From NCBI RefSeq assembly GCF_964204865.1, contig NC_135256.1, positions 13,206,001 through 13,270,000 of the forward strand: a stretch of 64,000 bases of DNA. Direction: 5' to 3'. This DNA is from Styela clava (lineage: Eukaryota). Made by a program: the position numbers and the translations under genes. Below, piece by piece: positions 42,001 through 54,677 of the stretch. Within the stretch, counting starts at the first letter, position 1; the number at the start of each line of letters is the position of its first letter. The notes beneath the pieces are model-generated. The model saw nothing but the letters and a program-made list of their open reading frames with translations. It was not told the origin of the DNA and ran no database searches.

Positions 42001-45000
42001 GCCAGGAATTGCAATCAGTGGTATTGATTTTCACATTTAGAAAATGAGTAAAAAAATTTTAAGACATTTTTTTCTGATATTCATGACACAAATGTTACAA
42101 AGTTTGTATGGAAGAAATCAAAAAGTAATAATAATACTAACAGAATCCTTCAAGTCGCTGCATAATTTTCCTTCTTCATCCAACATATTATAATATTTAT
42201 TTGCATTTGAATATAATTTCTTGCAAACATCACAAACTGTAGCATTGTCTGCAGTATCTTCAGCAAAATCTTGGAAGCATTTTTGTACTTCATCAATTTC
42301 CTAAATGAAAAGCAAGAAACTGAAAAGGCATTAAAATAAAGTATGTAGAAATTCAAACTCTTTGTCCATTGCCAAAGTATGGTCATAAGGAATCAGTATT
42401 GGAAAGAAGTCATACAGCTATTTTTCCTTACAAATTTTCCACAACAAAACCTGATTACTAAGAAGATAAGACTTCTGAAAAGTAATTGAATATTTGACCG
42501 CATGACTAAAATATAGAGTATAGTCTGTAAAGACTATATAAAAATCCTACACTCATTTTGTAGTTGTATAGAAACATTTGACATTGAATGCAATGTGTTA
42601 CAATATACTGCAATTTGAATGTTGTATATGGATAAACAAGAAGGAGATATATCTCAACCAGGACAATTTACAATACAATTTATCCTAAGGGAGAGGAAAG
42701 TCGCTAAGGAGGCTTCATCAAATGACAAACCACGGCCTCTTGTTACCAGATCATATTGGGTATTGGATTAGTTAGCCACTTGTTTGTTTCAAATGCATGG
42801 ACTTGGTGGTGGAGGAAGCGGTCCCCTACCAGCGATCACGCGAATCCCCAAGTCCAGAAATTCTCTCTCACATAATTATCTCACACAAGATTCGAAGCTG
42901 CAAACCCACGCAGGATAATCGGAGGCACTGAAGCAAACGTATACCTCACGCTTCGCACAATGCACCACAGCGCTGAGCACTTTTTTATAGTAAGTTGTAT
43001 AGTTTTTTTATAGTAAGCACTAAGCAGTAATACCACATAAATTATAAATGGTGTCATTAACTTTGTTAGCCAATCTTTACTAAATGCTTGAATGCAAAAA
43101 CAACAATACACATAGAATTTCAGAAATCATCAATCTGAAAAATGATAAGTATCAGTACTAGTGATTATAATAATTGCAAACAGGTTTCTATTGTGATGCC
43201 ATGGACTGACTGCAAAGCATCATGAGAAAATTTTTTAGGAATACATTAGGGAAATAGAAAGAATAATTTCACCAACATCCAGCATCAAAAGTGTTTCTTC
43301 AGTTGGTTTATACTCTGTAGTACCATTTTTGTTCACAGAAGAGTTGTAACAGTTATGACATGTGGACTTGTCCCATACAGTTTCAACAAAATCATAAGCC
43401 AGTAAAATGACCTGTGTACAAAATTTGTTAGGATAAAAATAATAAATATTTTAATGTAAAAAAATCAAGATGAGTTGGATAGCACATTTGTCCTCGAGGG
43501 AACAGTAAATCATTCAATACTGATAACACAAATCAGAATTTTAAAACATACATAGACTAAGCGTAGTAAATAGACAAGTGAAGAAAGATTGCATATGCCA
43601 AAGTTTTCAAATTGAATTTTCTCAGAGTTTAGAGCTGGAGCCAGTGCCTTGGTTTCAATAAATAAGTGTGGATGTTGTAGGGCCAGAAAACTGAGCAGTG
43701 AGTTACTTCTCCAAAATCCATAAACATTTCAACTCACCACTATAGTACGGCAACACTAACCTGAACATTATCTGCACGCAACAACTCATCTTGACAGGTT
43801 GTTCCATTTTCACCATCCTAAATGAAATAATACTTGTTTTTCACATTACAAAAACAATCCCCAACAGGTTAGTGAGATAATATTCTTGCATCATACTTTT
43901 TTAAAATTTTATTCCGCAAAGTTCCAATAGAACCAGTACAGCAATTTTGCTCAACTCCATATTGCCAATATGATTCCTGCTAGAGTAATCTTACATACGG
44001 ATCGCCGAACACAGGCAGAGAGATAGTGGCAGTATATGGGTACACGATACCGCAAATAACAATAAGTATAAAAGTGGAAAATGAAAATACAACTTTACGC
44101 AAAAGTTATAATACAGATAAAATCACCCCACGGCAAAAAATTTTCATTACCAACTGTGACTATGACCATAAGTACCCAGAATATGTAGCCGAGAGTCTTG
44201 CGATAAATAATGCGTATTGCAGCTTATTCATTTTAAAGGCAATTATATGTGAGAATAGTGGTGGACCCAAACTTTCAATTCAACTAAAGAACTCCGATAA
44301 ATATAACAGATAGCAATACCTAAAAATCAAACTACTTACAGAGCATATTGCAGCATATGTGTTCAATACATCAACAAATTCACTAACACATTTTTCACAA
44401 TAATGCAAAGGTCTTGAATAATTCAATATGCAAGTTAAAAAATCTGATGTTGAATTGCTGAATGAGTCCAAAAGCTTCATACATTTTTCTGAGATTCCTT
44501 CATTTAAAAACAAAATTGTAATTATCCAACCAAAGTAGTTATTATGGACCTTTCCTCGAGCATCGACTTCCTTGTTTACTTCGTGATATTGGCCAATCAG
44601 CAAGATGCAAAAAGTGACGTAACAATGCTCCATTTTCGCATCCGCTCAGACACTTTTCTCACTCAGACAGATTTTCAAGCATGGTCGTAAACATTACCTC
44701 GTTCTCACGTTTTTAAACTCTATTCGTTAGTTTTCTGTTGTGTTTCGGAAACTTAAATATAAATCAGATAATTCAACGATCACTCTGTCTTCCTAGGAGT
44801 TTTAATTTAATTGCAGTAATAAAAAAATAGTGTAGAAATAGCCGTGATAGACTGGGCTAAAATTCGTTACTGGTACTTTTAAAAAAACAGATTGTTGTAA
44901 GCGATGAACCATATTGATGGTTTGAAACACATACCTCATTTTACATGCGCCAACTCGCAAAAGCACTCTTAAAATAGCCTCGAAAATTTTGCAATGGTAA

Positions 45001-46248
45001 AGTATAGGAAGAATTTTTCGGGGGTCAAAGGTCGGGGAAAGGTCCATAGGCTTGTGAGCTAGCTATTTTTGAACAATCCACAGACTATATTTATTACCGG
45101 TAACACCTCATCCATTATTCCACATTTTTCCACTTATCTAAAGGCAGTATGATAACTGTATATGACAATCAATCACTGTTATAACATCTCACATTTAATT
45201 TTTAACTTTATAATAGCATCGATCAGGTCAAATTTAACTAAAATTAGGGGAGTTGGAACTGCCGCCCCGTTTTCATAGAGCTGGAATCAAGCTTACCATA
45301 ATAGATGGATTAACTAGACAGTTCAGTGGCTGCAGCTCCTAACTTATTATTTTTTACCATTAAAAATTTTTCCAAAACCTAATACAAGAAGTTAAAAGTT
45401 TCAACTTGAAATTACATATTTAAAAGTTTGATTTTAAAATTAGAAAACCTTTTTATCATAGTTTCGAGTCGAAATTGTATTGGGGCTGATGTTTTATGAT
45501 TGTGGTCACTGGTCACGCTTAAAAACCTCAATGGCTATTGAGCCATATCCAATATGAAAAAGGAAGCTACAGCGCTGGAGCCATTGTAATTTTGAACAAG
45601 CCCTGCACTACACACGATACTTTCCGCGATTCAGGGTATGGATATAATTTACTTACAATGGTTGGTTACTTATAAATTTGAATTTTTGGAACAGTTAATT
45701 TTACTTTACCTCCAGATGGATCAGTTCGTCCCTTCACCCATGATTCCTCTGCAAAAACAACATTCCCCAATGCACCAGAAAATAATGTCTCTTCCGAGTG
45801 GTCTGCCCCCTGTATAATTAATTTATTAAAACATATATTCATTACCATTACAGTTGAATTTCTAACTAATAATGTCATGCCAATATATGATTTAGATCTT
45901 ATTTCAAGAGAATTAACGGTTCTGCAGCAACTACAGGTAGCGGTCACATAAAGAGAAACTAAAATTGACCACATAAATAATACAACAAAACATCTTTCAT
46001 CTACGGTATATATATAGAGAGAGAGAGCGCCAAAATGTGCATGAGTATTACTTATATTGCAGTGTATCATCCGCAGAGATATATACAGTTTTTTGGAAAT
46101 CTTGATAAATAACTACATTGAGGTTAGAAAACGAAACCATACTCACACTATTATGGAACATATTTCCACTTGAATAAACTCCAGTGATGAATGTGAAGTA
46201 AAATAAGACCACGAATATAGGAAAAAGTTTATCACAAGCCATCATCAT
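39013..46248 (-). CDS. OSTM1: Osteopetrosis-associated transmembrane protein 1 homolog, multi-exon
   Basis: Exons: 46248-46052 (signal peptide), ~45930/45921-45710 (uncertain), 44497-44340 (CMKLLDSFSNSTSDFLTCILNYSRPLHYCEKC), 43817-43761 (CQDELLRADNVQ), 43411-43277 (WDKSTCHNC), 42300-42142 (CDVCKKLY..LCSDLKDS), 40286-~40100 (MNYTRRMWSKKFKC plus TM helix), and a possible last exon 39071-39013. Core exons have GT-AG ends and matching phases. The Cys pattern matches OSTM1. First and last exons are less certain. Confidence 0.85.
39767..40034. mobile_element. hAT-type MITE
   Basis: TIR CAGTGTTCCCTCTAA / TTAGAGGGAACATTG; perfect 8-bp TSD CTGCTCTA (39759-39766, 40035-40042). Confidence 0.85.
41407..41881. 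mobile_element. hAT-type MITE in an OSTM1 intron
   Basis: TIR CACGGTGGGCAAA / TTTGCCCACCCCTG; 8-bp TSD ATATATAC; subterminal GCGGCTC repeats. Confidence 0.8.
42675..42979 (-). mobile_element. tRNA-derived SINE (same family), in an OSTM1 intron
   Basis: Reverse-complement match to the SINE body and head. Confidence 0.7.
44543..45048. mobile_element. TA-ended MITE, copy 2, in an OSTM1 intron
   Basis: Same TIRs and internal sequence as 35736-36198; ends ~45 bp from the acceptor of the exon at 44497. Confidence 0.8.
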
Positions 46249-46367
46249 TTATATTTTTATAGCAGTAACCTCTGTAAATCAGAACAAAAGAAATTTGAAA
46301 ATAGCGGTATGTGGTTCGAGAAATACATAAACTAACACTGGAATGAAGTGAAACTGCATAATAAATA

Positions 46368-46657
46368 AACGAGATAGCGATCAGAGACCTTCCGACTTAT
46401 CGATCTAGCAGCGTATATCCTTCGCTCTGACTCAATAGCGACACCGTGTGTCCCATTACTAATCAATTAATAACTCTCTAATTATACGACATAAATCAAT
46501 AGGCTTCTGGTCCGAGAGATGATGAATGCACTTGCAAAATTCGGAGCAGATTCAACCTCGCTTTCGCGAGATATTGCGTAACATACGAAAGTGTGTAACA
46601 GACAAACAAACAGATAAATACCTATCAACATACTTACCGATCAAGATCGATAAGTAA
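46368..46657 (+). mobile_element. Helentron/DINE-1-like non-autonomous element, copy A
   Basis: Subterminal IR ACTTATCGATC (46395), 3' hairpin ACTTACCGATC-aa-GATCGATAAGT, ACAGAC microsatellite; core shared with 53235-53611. Class assignment is inferred from structure. Confidence 0.6.
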
Positions 46658-47688
46658 TAAATTTGATACATCTTGATCAGGGATGACCAATAGAAATTTA
46701 TTATCGAAATTGTGAAATATTTTTGAATTAGGAATATCAGATATACTCGAGTTTTCATTCATTGCCAGTTCCTATAATATAGAATTTTGCAGTGCAGAAA
46801 AGTCTAGATGTTTTTTACATATTGAATGGTATGAATATTTGATGTCAATTTTCAGAATAAAATTTCCAAATGAAAATAAATAAAATTACCATTCAATCAA
46901 GGATAATATCCAATCAATTTAGCTACTAGTTTTAGACGATACAGATTTTGATAGTCCAGACTAGATCTTATTTTACTCCTCATGATAAATATTATAAATG
47001 AGCTATGCTATTATAACATCATATTATATTAATCTTGTGAAAAGTAATTTTGTTTCCATTTGGCGAAATAATATTCTCACCAATAGATTTTTTTGAAATA
47101 ACATTTTTGACACTACATTAAATGCATAACATCAAAATGAAATTATTAATTGAAACTAATACGGAACAAAACATTCACAATTACAGCACAAAAAAGCAGT
47201 AATCAAAATAAAATGTTTGCACTGGAAACATATTTGTGTTTCAATAAATATATATATATGAATTTTTTTGCCCAAAGATATTCAAATTATGCTAGCCTTA
47301 AAATGACCTGTACTTTTGTTGAGGTAATTTGCTCATAGCATGGTCACGCCTACTCACTCACTCATTTATCGCTGAGAAAGTTTACTATTCTTTATTTTCA
47401 ATTCGGCCCAGTCAGGCTTAGTATAGATGCTGCTGGTTCAAAAGTAAATTTTATTTAAATAAATTCATTGATTAAATTTTTTCAAATTTTTCTCAAACTA
47501 GCATCACTGGATATCTCTAGCGACAACAAAAATCAACCAAAAAAACACCCATGCAAAACTGTAAAAATATTACAAAATTGCAGCAAAATATGACTTCAAT
47601 GGACAGAGCCGTCAAGAAATATAGAAAGTCAGAAATTACCAAAAAGTAACTGCACAAAATTAAGATCATAATAATAGCCAATTTTGAC

Positions 47689-50600
47689 TCATGTATCATG
47701 CAAAATATTGGAAAACTGATCCAAAACATGTGCAAAGTGACGACCTTCCCAAAATACTTTACCACATTTGACACAACAATAAAAAACCTTGACTCGACTG
47801 ACCATATTTTGAGGAACTTGTTCACATTGCAATGGAACTGCCACACCATCAATAGAAGAACTGTCGCTATTTGTATTATCAGTTGAAACAATAGTAACAT
47901 TCACTAAATTAATAGAACCTTGTGTACATATAGAATCAGGATTTATAATATATGGTAATACACCATCTTTATTACTGCCCCAAGCACCAGTTATTATTGT
48001 AGTATTTTTACTTTTTTGACCGCTGTTCATGATACCCTTACATATTTCAGAAGGAATAATATCATCGCTTTCAAACTGAGGTGAAGATAATTCAGAATCT
48101 TTATCCATAAAAGTAAATTTATCAGAAGATGTCGAAGTACAGCCGTCACTTTTTTCCTTGTGTGATCTATCTTCAGAAGATGATGCTGATTCGATCGGCT
48201 CAAATTCAGAAGATTTTGATGGTTTATCAGGCGATGTAGAACAAACCACTAGTAATTCATCGTCTTCATCATCATATTCACTGTATTCGTAATTCTTCGT
48301 CCTTTTTTTATTGCTTTGCTCATTAGTACTTTCCACAGGAGTTTGTGCGTGTGAATTTGTATTTTCGTCCAATGAATTGTTTGAAACGTTTTTCTCCCTC
48401 AAAGCCCTTCCGCGACCAATACCACGTGGATACCTCAGCTTCTCAGATGCTTTTTGATCTTGCATATGCCTACCACGTCCCACGTTGGTACTGTGAGATT
48501 TGACTTGTAGAGGTCGCAAATCCGCCCAGGGAATTGCAGTAGCCTTTTTACCAGGTTTTGAGTCTACAGGATTCCCAGATAACAGTTGAAGCCTTTTCTT
48601 GATGCATTTTCCCATAAGTTCTGGAGATACTTTTAAATATTTATTTCCGTTGCATATTTGACAACGACTGAATACATCCATCGGTGTGACTTTTACGTTA
48701 AAATGTTCTAAAACTATAGCTGCTTGCTCCTTTGCTTTTTCTCCACATGGTACATCAAAGCAATTCCCAATTGGAACTTGAGATGATAGATATTGATAGG
48801 GGGTTCCTGACGTTAAAATAATTCTGTTTTCTCTGGTTGCAATTTCTGCAGCTGCATCATGATCTTCAAAATTTGACAGAATTCTGACATCAACCCCACA
48901 ACAACGTAATTGCCGACCAAGGCCCTGCAGCATGTTATCGCAAACAACTTTAAATTGAAATGGACGTATTATATCCCTTTCAATATTTTGCTGTTTTGCT
49001 TCACAACTTTTAACAGAATCACTATTACTGGTATTTGCTTTAGTCTTTTGAGTAGACTTAGCTTTACGTTTCATAATTTTCATATCTTTGATAGTCTCAA
49101 GGGTATGTTCTATGCCCTCAAGTTTCATCTGTGAATCTAAGAAATTATATAATTCCAGTAAAACATAAGCATCAAGAGCAGCATATATTACTTGTGATTG
49201 TCTCAACGGCCTTCGCTCCCAATCTGACATTTGTTCACATTTATTTAAAGGCTTTCCCAAGCAACGATGTACCAATTTGCTCAGACCAGTCTCTTTCTTT
49301 GCACAAGGCATATCAACTTCAACAGAATTTAATGTTTCTTCTGGAAAGTTAAAAACCTGCGGATATATCCGTTCTAAGTGTCGTACTGCTGTGCACAAAT
49401 CCATCACTCGAATAGTATTTTTCATATCGTTACCAAGTTCAGGAATTGCAGTTGCTAATTTACGTAAATCTTCATTAATACCAAAACCAATTTTTAAAAT
49501 ATTTTTTGACAAAAAAAGGCTTCTGATAAAATCAGCAAAAGCTGTTTTAACGTTTTCTCCTGAATTACAGAAATATAACACATCTAGCAAATATGCGCAA
49601 TCAGATGACGCAATTTGCAACAAAGCAACTGAAACGCCCCCACTCCTTATAAAATCTGGTGTCCACTCAGAATCAACACCCAGGACTTCACATTTCATAA
49701 CTTTCTGTGAGCATTGATCAAGCAATTCTGATGAATTAACAAAATGTACTTGATCCAGGGGTAGGTTTATACTGTACCAATTTTCTTCACTTGTTTCATG
49801 CATTCTTTTTTGAAATGTGGCAACCTGTGATGTTACCTTTTGATCTGAACCAGACTTATTGGCTACTTCGGGAACACTACATTCCCACGCTGACTCAGGC
49901 TCGTTAGGGCTACCACTAATGTTTGCAGCGCTATTGAAATATTCAGTGAAAGGCTCTGGATTAATTTCATATAGTTTAGCCCACTGTTTTGCACTGTCGC
50001 AATCACCATATACAGTCCCAAGTATATCCACAAGTTGTTTTTGAAGCCATTTGTTATCACCCACAGATTTTAATATTAATTCTTGAGTTGTTTCCACTGA
50101 AGATATCTCTTCAACATAATGTCGATGGAGTAAATATCGTAAATTATTCAAAGATTTTTGCATGCACAGATTCGGGCAGAGCTCCTGTCCTTCAATAGTG
50201 TAAGGATCATTGACATTTAGGAAAACTTTCAACCATCTTGTGAGAAGCTTCGACAAAAATTTTGGTCTTAAAATTTCACCTCTGATTTGAAAAATATTGT
50301 GTTCTTGAAAAAATTCTATCATATCAAAACCAGTCTCTATCCAAGAATCAATCATCTTCAAAATCTGTATTTGCTGCGACTTTGATCCCATCAAATACTC
50401 TTCAACGAGATTCAACTTGTTTTGCGTCAACATTGGAAGAGCCATATCAGTGAGAGTGAAATGATCTTGCATATTGAGTTTAATCACCACTGAAATGGCT
50501 TCTTTTATCTTTTCTTGAGCTAATAAATCGTCAATAAAAGGCTTTAAGAATTCATTTGGCGGTTTATTTAATTCAAACACTTTAATAAGAATGCTTGAAG

Positions 50601-50913
50601 TTGCTGAATGGGCAACAACAATTACTGGCATTATCGCAAGCTTTAACTCCATGTTCACCACACAAGGAAGTTTTCCATGTTTTGTCTGGTCTGTGTACCA
50701 CTCGTCTAAATTCTTTGCAGTGAAGAGAGCAATAGATTTGTTGCTTTTTAAATCTTTGCAATGCGAGAAAAATTCTACATGAGAAGAAAGTACATCACTT
50801 GTTGGATTAAACAAAGACTGGAGCGCTTCTTTTGTTTTATTCAGGTCACCGGAGCTGAATGACACCCAAGCACCCTGGAATACTCGCATAATAGCAAGCC
50901 GATCAAATTCCAT
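47689..50913 (-). CDS. EXD3: Exonuclease mut-7 homolog (EXD3): DEDDy 3'-5' exonuclease plus Mut7-C domain, single-exon CDS
   Basis: ExoI VLGVDSEW, ExoII GFGINEDL, QMSDWERRPLRQSQVIYAALDA (ExoIII). Mut7-C VVCDNMLQGLGRQLRCCGVD with zinc ribbon RCQICN...CVKCGKVFWEGRH. Likely start MEFDRL at 50913, downstream of an acceptor at 50969-50968; the ORF is open to 50958. Confidence 0.93.
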   Translation of the reverse strand: MEFDRLAIMRVFQGAWVSFSSGDLNKTKEALQSLFNPTSDVLSSHVEFFSHCKDLKSNKSIALFTAKNLDEWYTDQTKHGKLPCVVNMELKLAIMPVIVVAHSATSSILIKVFELNKPPNEFLKPFIDDLLAQEKIKEAISVVIKLNMQDHFTLTDMALPMLTQNKLNLVEEYLMGSKSQQIQILKMIDSWIETGFDMIEFFQEHNIFQIRGEILRPKFLSKLLTRWLKVFLNVNDPYTIEGQELCPNLCMQKSLNNLRYLLHRHYVEEISSVETTQELILKSVGDNKWLQKQLVDILGTVYGDCDSAKQWAKLYEINPEPFTEYFNSAANISGSPNEPESAWECSVPEVANKSGSDQKVTSQVATFQKRMHETSEENWYSINLPLDQVHFVNSSELLDQCSQKVMKCEVLGVDSEWTPDFIRSGGVSVALLQIASSDCAYLLDVLYFCNSGENVKTAFADFIRSLFLSKNILKIGFGINEDLRKLATAIPELGNDMKNTIRVMDLCTAVRHLERIYPQVFNFPEETLNSVEVDMPCAKKETGLSKLVHRCLGKPLNKCEQMSDWERRPLRQSQVIYAALDAYVLLELYNFLDSQMKLEGIEHTLETIKDMKIMKRKAKSTQKTKANTSNSDSVKSCEAKQQNIERDIIRPFQFKVVCDNMLQGLGRQLRCCGVDVRILSNFEDHDAAAEIATRENRIILTSGTPYQYLSSQVPIGNCFDVPCGEKAKEQAAIVLEHFNVKVTPMDVFSRCQICNGNKYLKVSPELMGKCIKKRLQLLSGNPVDSKPGKKATAIPWADLRPLQVKSHSTNVGRGRHMQDQKASEKLRYPRGIGRGRALREKNVSNNSLDENTNSHAQTPVESTNEQSNKKRTKNYEYSEYDDEDDELLVVCSTSPDKPSKSSEFEPIESASSSEDRSHKEKSDGCTSTSSDKFTFMDKDSELSSPQFESDDIIPSEICKGIMNSGQKSKNTTIITGAWGSNKDGVLPYIINPDSICTQGSINLVNVTIVSTDNTNSDSSSIDGVAVPLQCEQVPQNMVSRVKVFYCCVKCGKVFWEGRHFAHVLDQFSNILHDT

Positions 50914-52049
50914 GGTTTGATTATTTAAACAATTTTTTTGCAAGAGATAAACATACATACATTAGATCTGGCAAAAAAATAACAATTATTTAATATAAAG
51001 AACCAATAAAATAATAATAGTCAAATTACATACTAAACATTATCATTTTTATCAAATTTCAACACAAGGCACAAAGCAATATTTATTCCTATTCACAACA
51101 AAATGAAAGACCGGCATCATACCACTGTCATAAGCCAAATGAAAGCTGCAGATAGAAAAACTGTAATGATTATTGGCTCAATAAGATACTTGTCAACTAC
51201 AAAAGTATTCAAAAGAAAATATTGTCACGACTCGTGATTATTGCTAACCAATGAATTTGCAAAATAGTGCAAATAAAAATTGGATTTATTACAAAAAATG
51301 TTACAGGGTATTTATTCCTGACAATTTCATCATTTGATGACATATAGACAAATTTTATTTGACCCCGAAGCTCAAAATCGAGGTTAATCAAGTTGGATTG
51401 AATTTCTACTTTTTATTCTTTCCATGCCCAGTACAAATTTGAAAATGTAAATCTGCATCAGTGATCTTGAGATGGGCATAATGGATTTGACCCAAATACT
51501 TTAAACTGAATTTACTCATAGCAAGTTTATATCGGGAGTAAAAGGGAATTATACCAGAGAAAAGCAACTGGAATATCTAACAATGTGCGTTCAGAAAATA
51601 TACAAAAAAGCGTTGCTATGACCGATATCCAAGAAGTAACAAGCTCACATCAAACTTATTTAGGATATTGGGTATTCAAAAATGATATGATATTAACAAT
51701 TGTTTCATGTATAGGTGTAAAAAGACATATTAAGCAATTTTCATGGTAATATCAAGTCAACCAGATTAGCAAACATCATATCGGTTATGGCTACCGTTAT
51801 GTAGTAAGGTGGATAGAGATTGAAAATATTAAAAAAATGAAAATAATTAAAATTTTATCCAGTTGTGACTTGTGAACATGTGAAAAATGCAAAGACAATG
51901 GTGAGAAAAATCTAAATATTTATAATACAACTCAATGTGGGTTCACTATTAATAAAAAATAATTTACTCATTTATTGTATGATTTTTTGGAATATTATAT
52001 CAGTTCTTGATATCAATTCAAATATATTTGTTCTAGTATTTTGAATTCG

Positions 52050-52955
52050 CTACTGCGGCATTGTTATCACTCTCTGGTCTGGGATACCAGATTCTTGGAG
52101 ATTTTTAATTAACTGTGTCAACCACCTTTTTGTTGTGTTGTCATCTTTCAGAACTGTAAGAAATGTGGTATCTTTGAGTTGATCTGGAAGGCACTGACGC
52201 AAAGCTTCTTTTGCACGAGCATTATCAGAAAGTCGAAGATAACACCGGACGACATGCTTCAACAAACGTGCAGATGGTTCTTTTGAAAGAGACATAACCA
52301 TTTTTCCAAGTATCATGGCAACGTGTGAAAAGCGCTCATATGTTTGACAAATGTATTGAAGACCAGTATCATCTAATAAAATTTTCTGAAGAATAAAAGT
52401 CGCTACAGTTTTTGACAATTCGCTCCCAGACTCCATGATTCTCAAGCAGAGCGGTATGATTTCAGTTGTTAGCAAGAATGTAATAACTTCTTGTTCATCA
52501 GTTTTCACAAGCGCTCCGATAACGCCAAGACTCGTTAATCGAAGATACTCGAATGGTCGAGTTTTACTTGTAGTATGCAGAAAAGGGTAAAGAAATAATG
52601 GAATGTGAGCGGTTAAAAAAGCAGTTCGTGTCTCTGGGTGTGAAGCAACACATTGAAGCAATGCTAAGGCATTGCATACACGATTTGATTGATGGGCTGT
52701 CAGCGTCGGTGGATTGATAGAAGGATAAATATTGACAATCTCCTGCAACAATGCTGCTATTGTCCCAAAAGAATGCCAAAGCATCGGTGCAAGGTCAGGT
52801 ACTGTTTCTCGTTTCTTGCTCAGCTCCAAAAGAGCAGACTCTCTCGTATCCGGACTTGATAGTTCATTGATCCATCGGTAAATGCTTTCCCTCTCTACTA
52901 CAGGAATTGCACCCGCATTAACACCCGAAATATGCATAGGTCCAGCAGCAGCCAT
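52050..52955 (-). CDS. CNOT9: CCR4-NOT transcription complex subunit 9 (RCD1/RQCD1/CAF40), single-exon CDS
   Basis: Highly conserved RCD1 sequence ([67 protein letters not shown]). Likely start MAAAG at 52955; an acceptor at 53004-53003 excludes the upstream ORF extension. Confidence 0.97.
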   Translation of the reverse strand: MAAAGPMHISGVNAGAIPVVERESIYRWINELSSPDTRESALLELSKKRETVPDLAPMLWHSFGTIAALLQEIVNIYPSINPPTLTAHQSNRVCNALALLQCVASHPETRTAFLTAHIPLFLYPFLHTTSKTRPFEYLRLTSLGVIGALVKTDEQEVITFLLTTEIIPLCLRIMESGSELSKTVATFILQKILLDDTGLQYICQTYERFSHVAMILGKMVMSLSKEPSARLLKHVVRCYLRLSDNARAKEALRQCLPDQLKDTTFLTVLKDDNTTKRWLTQLIKNLQESGIPDQRVITMPQ

Positions 52956-53234
52956 TATTGTAATTATCAGAATTGTATTTATAAAATTCTCTGTTAATTG
53001 AGCTATATCGATAAAGTAGAATAAAACAATTTCAGTTTTCAAATATTTGATGGATGTAAAAAAAAAGGAATTGGGAGACATCGCGGTTCATAAACATCAG
53101 AATATGTTATTCAGTCACTTGCATCCTAAAAATGTGACAGACACTGGCGGAGGAGCCTTTTTTTTCTACACCAAATCTTAAATAAGCCTTTGTATCTTAA
53201 TTATCCAAATAGGTCAATCCATGTAATGAATAAA

Positions 53235-53611
53235 ACGAGAATATCGGTTGGAAACCGAAGACTTATCGATCGATAGTTAGGGGATCCCCCAAAACAGAAA
53301 CTGCAGTTTCGATTCATCCGCTCTTGTAACTTGCGCACCGCACACACACACTCGGCGGGTTTCAAAATTCTCTCGCTTTACAAAAATCTAGATCACTATA
53401 TCAATATTTGATTGATAACTCGCTAATTATACGACATAATTCGCCCAAAATCAATAGGATTCTGGTCCGAGATAAGATGAATGCACATGCAAAATCTGGA
53501 GCAGATTCAATCTCGCTTTCGTGAGATATCGCGTGCATCTAACAGACACACAGACATACACACAGACAAATACCTATCAATATACTTACCGATCTTAAGA
53601 TCGATAAGTAA
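53235..53611 (+). mobile_element. Helentron/DINE-1-like non-autonomous element, copy B
   Basis: ACTTATCGATC at 53261; hairpin ACTTACCGATC-ttaa-GATCGATAAGT ending 53609; ACAGACAC repeats. Confidence 0.6.
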
Positions 53612-54259
53612 TAACCTTTGCTTTGGGAGGATAGACTTTTACGAGTAGCTAGTTTTGAGCTGCATGAGTTAATCTGCTGGAGTTAATCTTTTTACAGCAC
53701 AAAACAGATGAACACCACACTAAAACGAAGAATTTACACAAAACAGAAGAAAATAGCCCGAAACATAAAAAGTGTAATACATAATGCTTTTCTTATGTTA
53801 ATACTGTAAAAAGTTAACAAAGATATATAATGATTTACTCCCGAATACCATAAAGTACACATTGTAGTAAAAAAATAATGATGATAAAATAGAATCGGAA
53901 TGGATTTCTGTGAAGCTAGCAAAATATCATGGAAATTTGAGCTGACAGAATTTTTTTGCGATAATTTTCATACACAAAAACAAATATTCCCACTGAAAAG
54001 TATATTTTGAATAGTCATACTATAGTAACACAATTAGTAATTACACTAATATTCTTGCCATTTATTGGAAAACATTAAAATGATTATAATCCAGTGGTTC
54101 CCAAAACTCGGCTCATGGGGGTAACGATTTGATGTAGCCCACCGAACTCAAGTGAAATAGTTTAACACTTTGCTTTACCTTTTTTTCTAGATACCGCTAA
54201 TTGTTATGTCATTATCATAGTTTATTATGTTGCATTTCGTTTATATATATATATATATA

Positions 54260-54677
54260 CAGGGGCTCAGCCAGAATTTTTAATTAAGGGTTTTAAGGGG
54301 GTTCAAAATCAAAAATCCTATTCCCTTCTGAAACGGTCGACGCGATTACACGCGATTAATATCTCGACGCCGGTGAATTTATATTAACGCTCACTGATTC
54401 TCAATTCTGTGAGGTTACAAGAAAAGGTAATTATCATCATTGTCGTGGCACAAGACATACTCATGTTGAGGGAAATATGTGATTTAGGGAGAATAAACAC
54501 AGAACCTAAAGGAGTTTTACGGCCTAAATACAGAAATGACTTCCGGTATCACGCTGACAAAAACAATCGGCGATTTTAGCAAAAATGCAATCAAATGTGT
54601 TATTATTTGACTTTTCCGGCCTTCCAAAAATTTTGAAAGAGAGTTGATCGTTAACACCACCCCTGGCTGCGCCACTG
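54260..54677. mobile_element. MITE with imperfect TIRs, next to a (TA)n tract
   Basis: CAGGGGCTCAGCCAG / CTGGCTGCGCCACTG; a related left end CAGTGGCGCAGCCAGGG occurs at ~40429. No clean TSD. Confidence 0.55.

Noticed and set aside
52956-53081. 42-aa N-terminal extension of CNOT9 in the ORF track
   Set aside because: It spans a polypyrimidine/AG acceptor and does not resemble RCD1 proteins.
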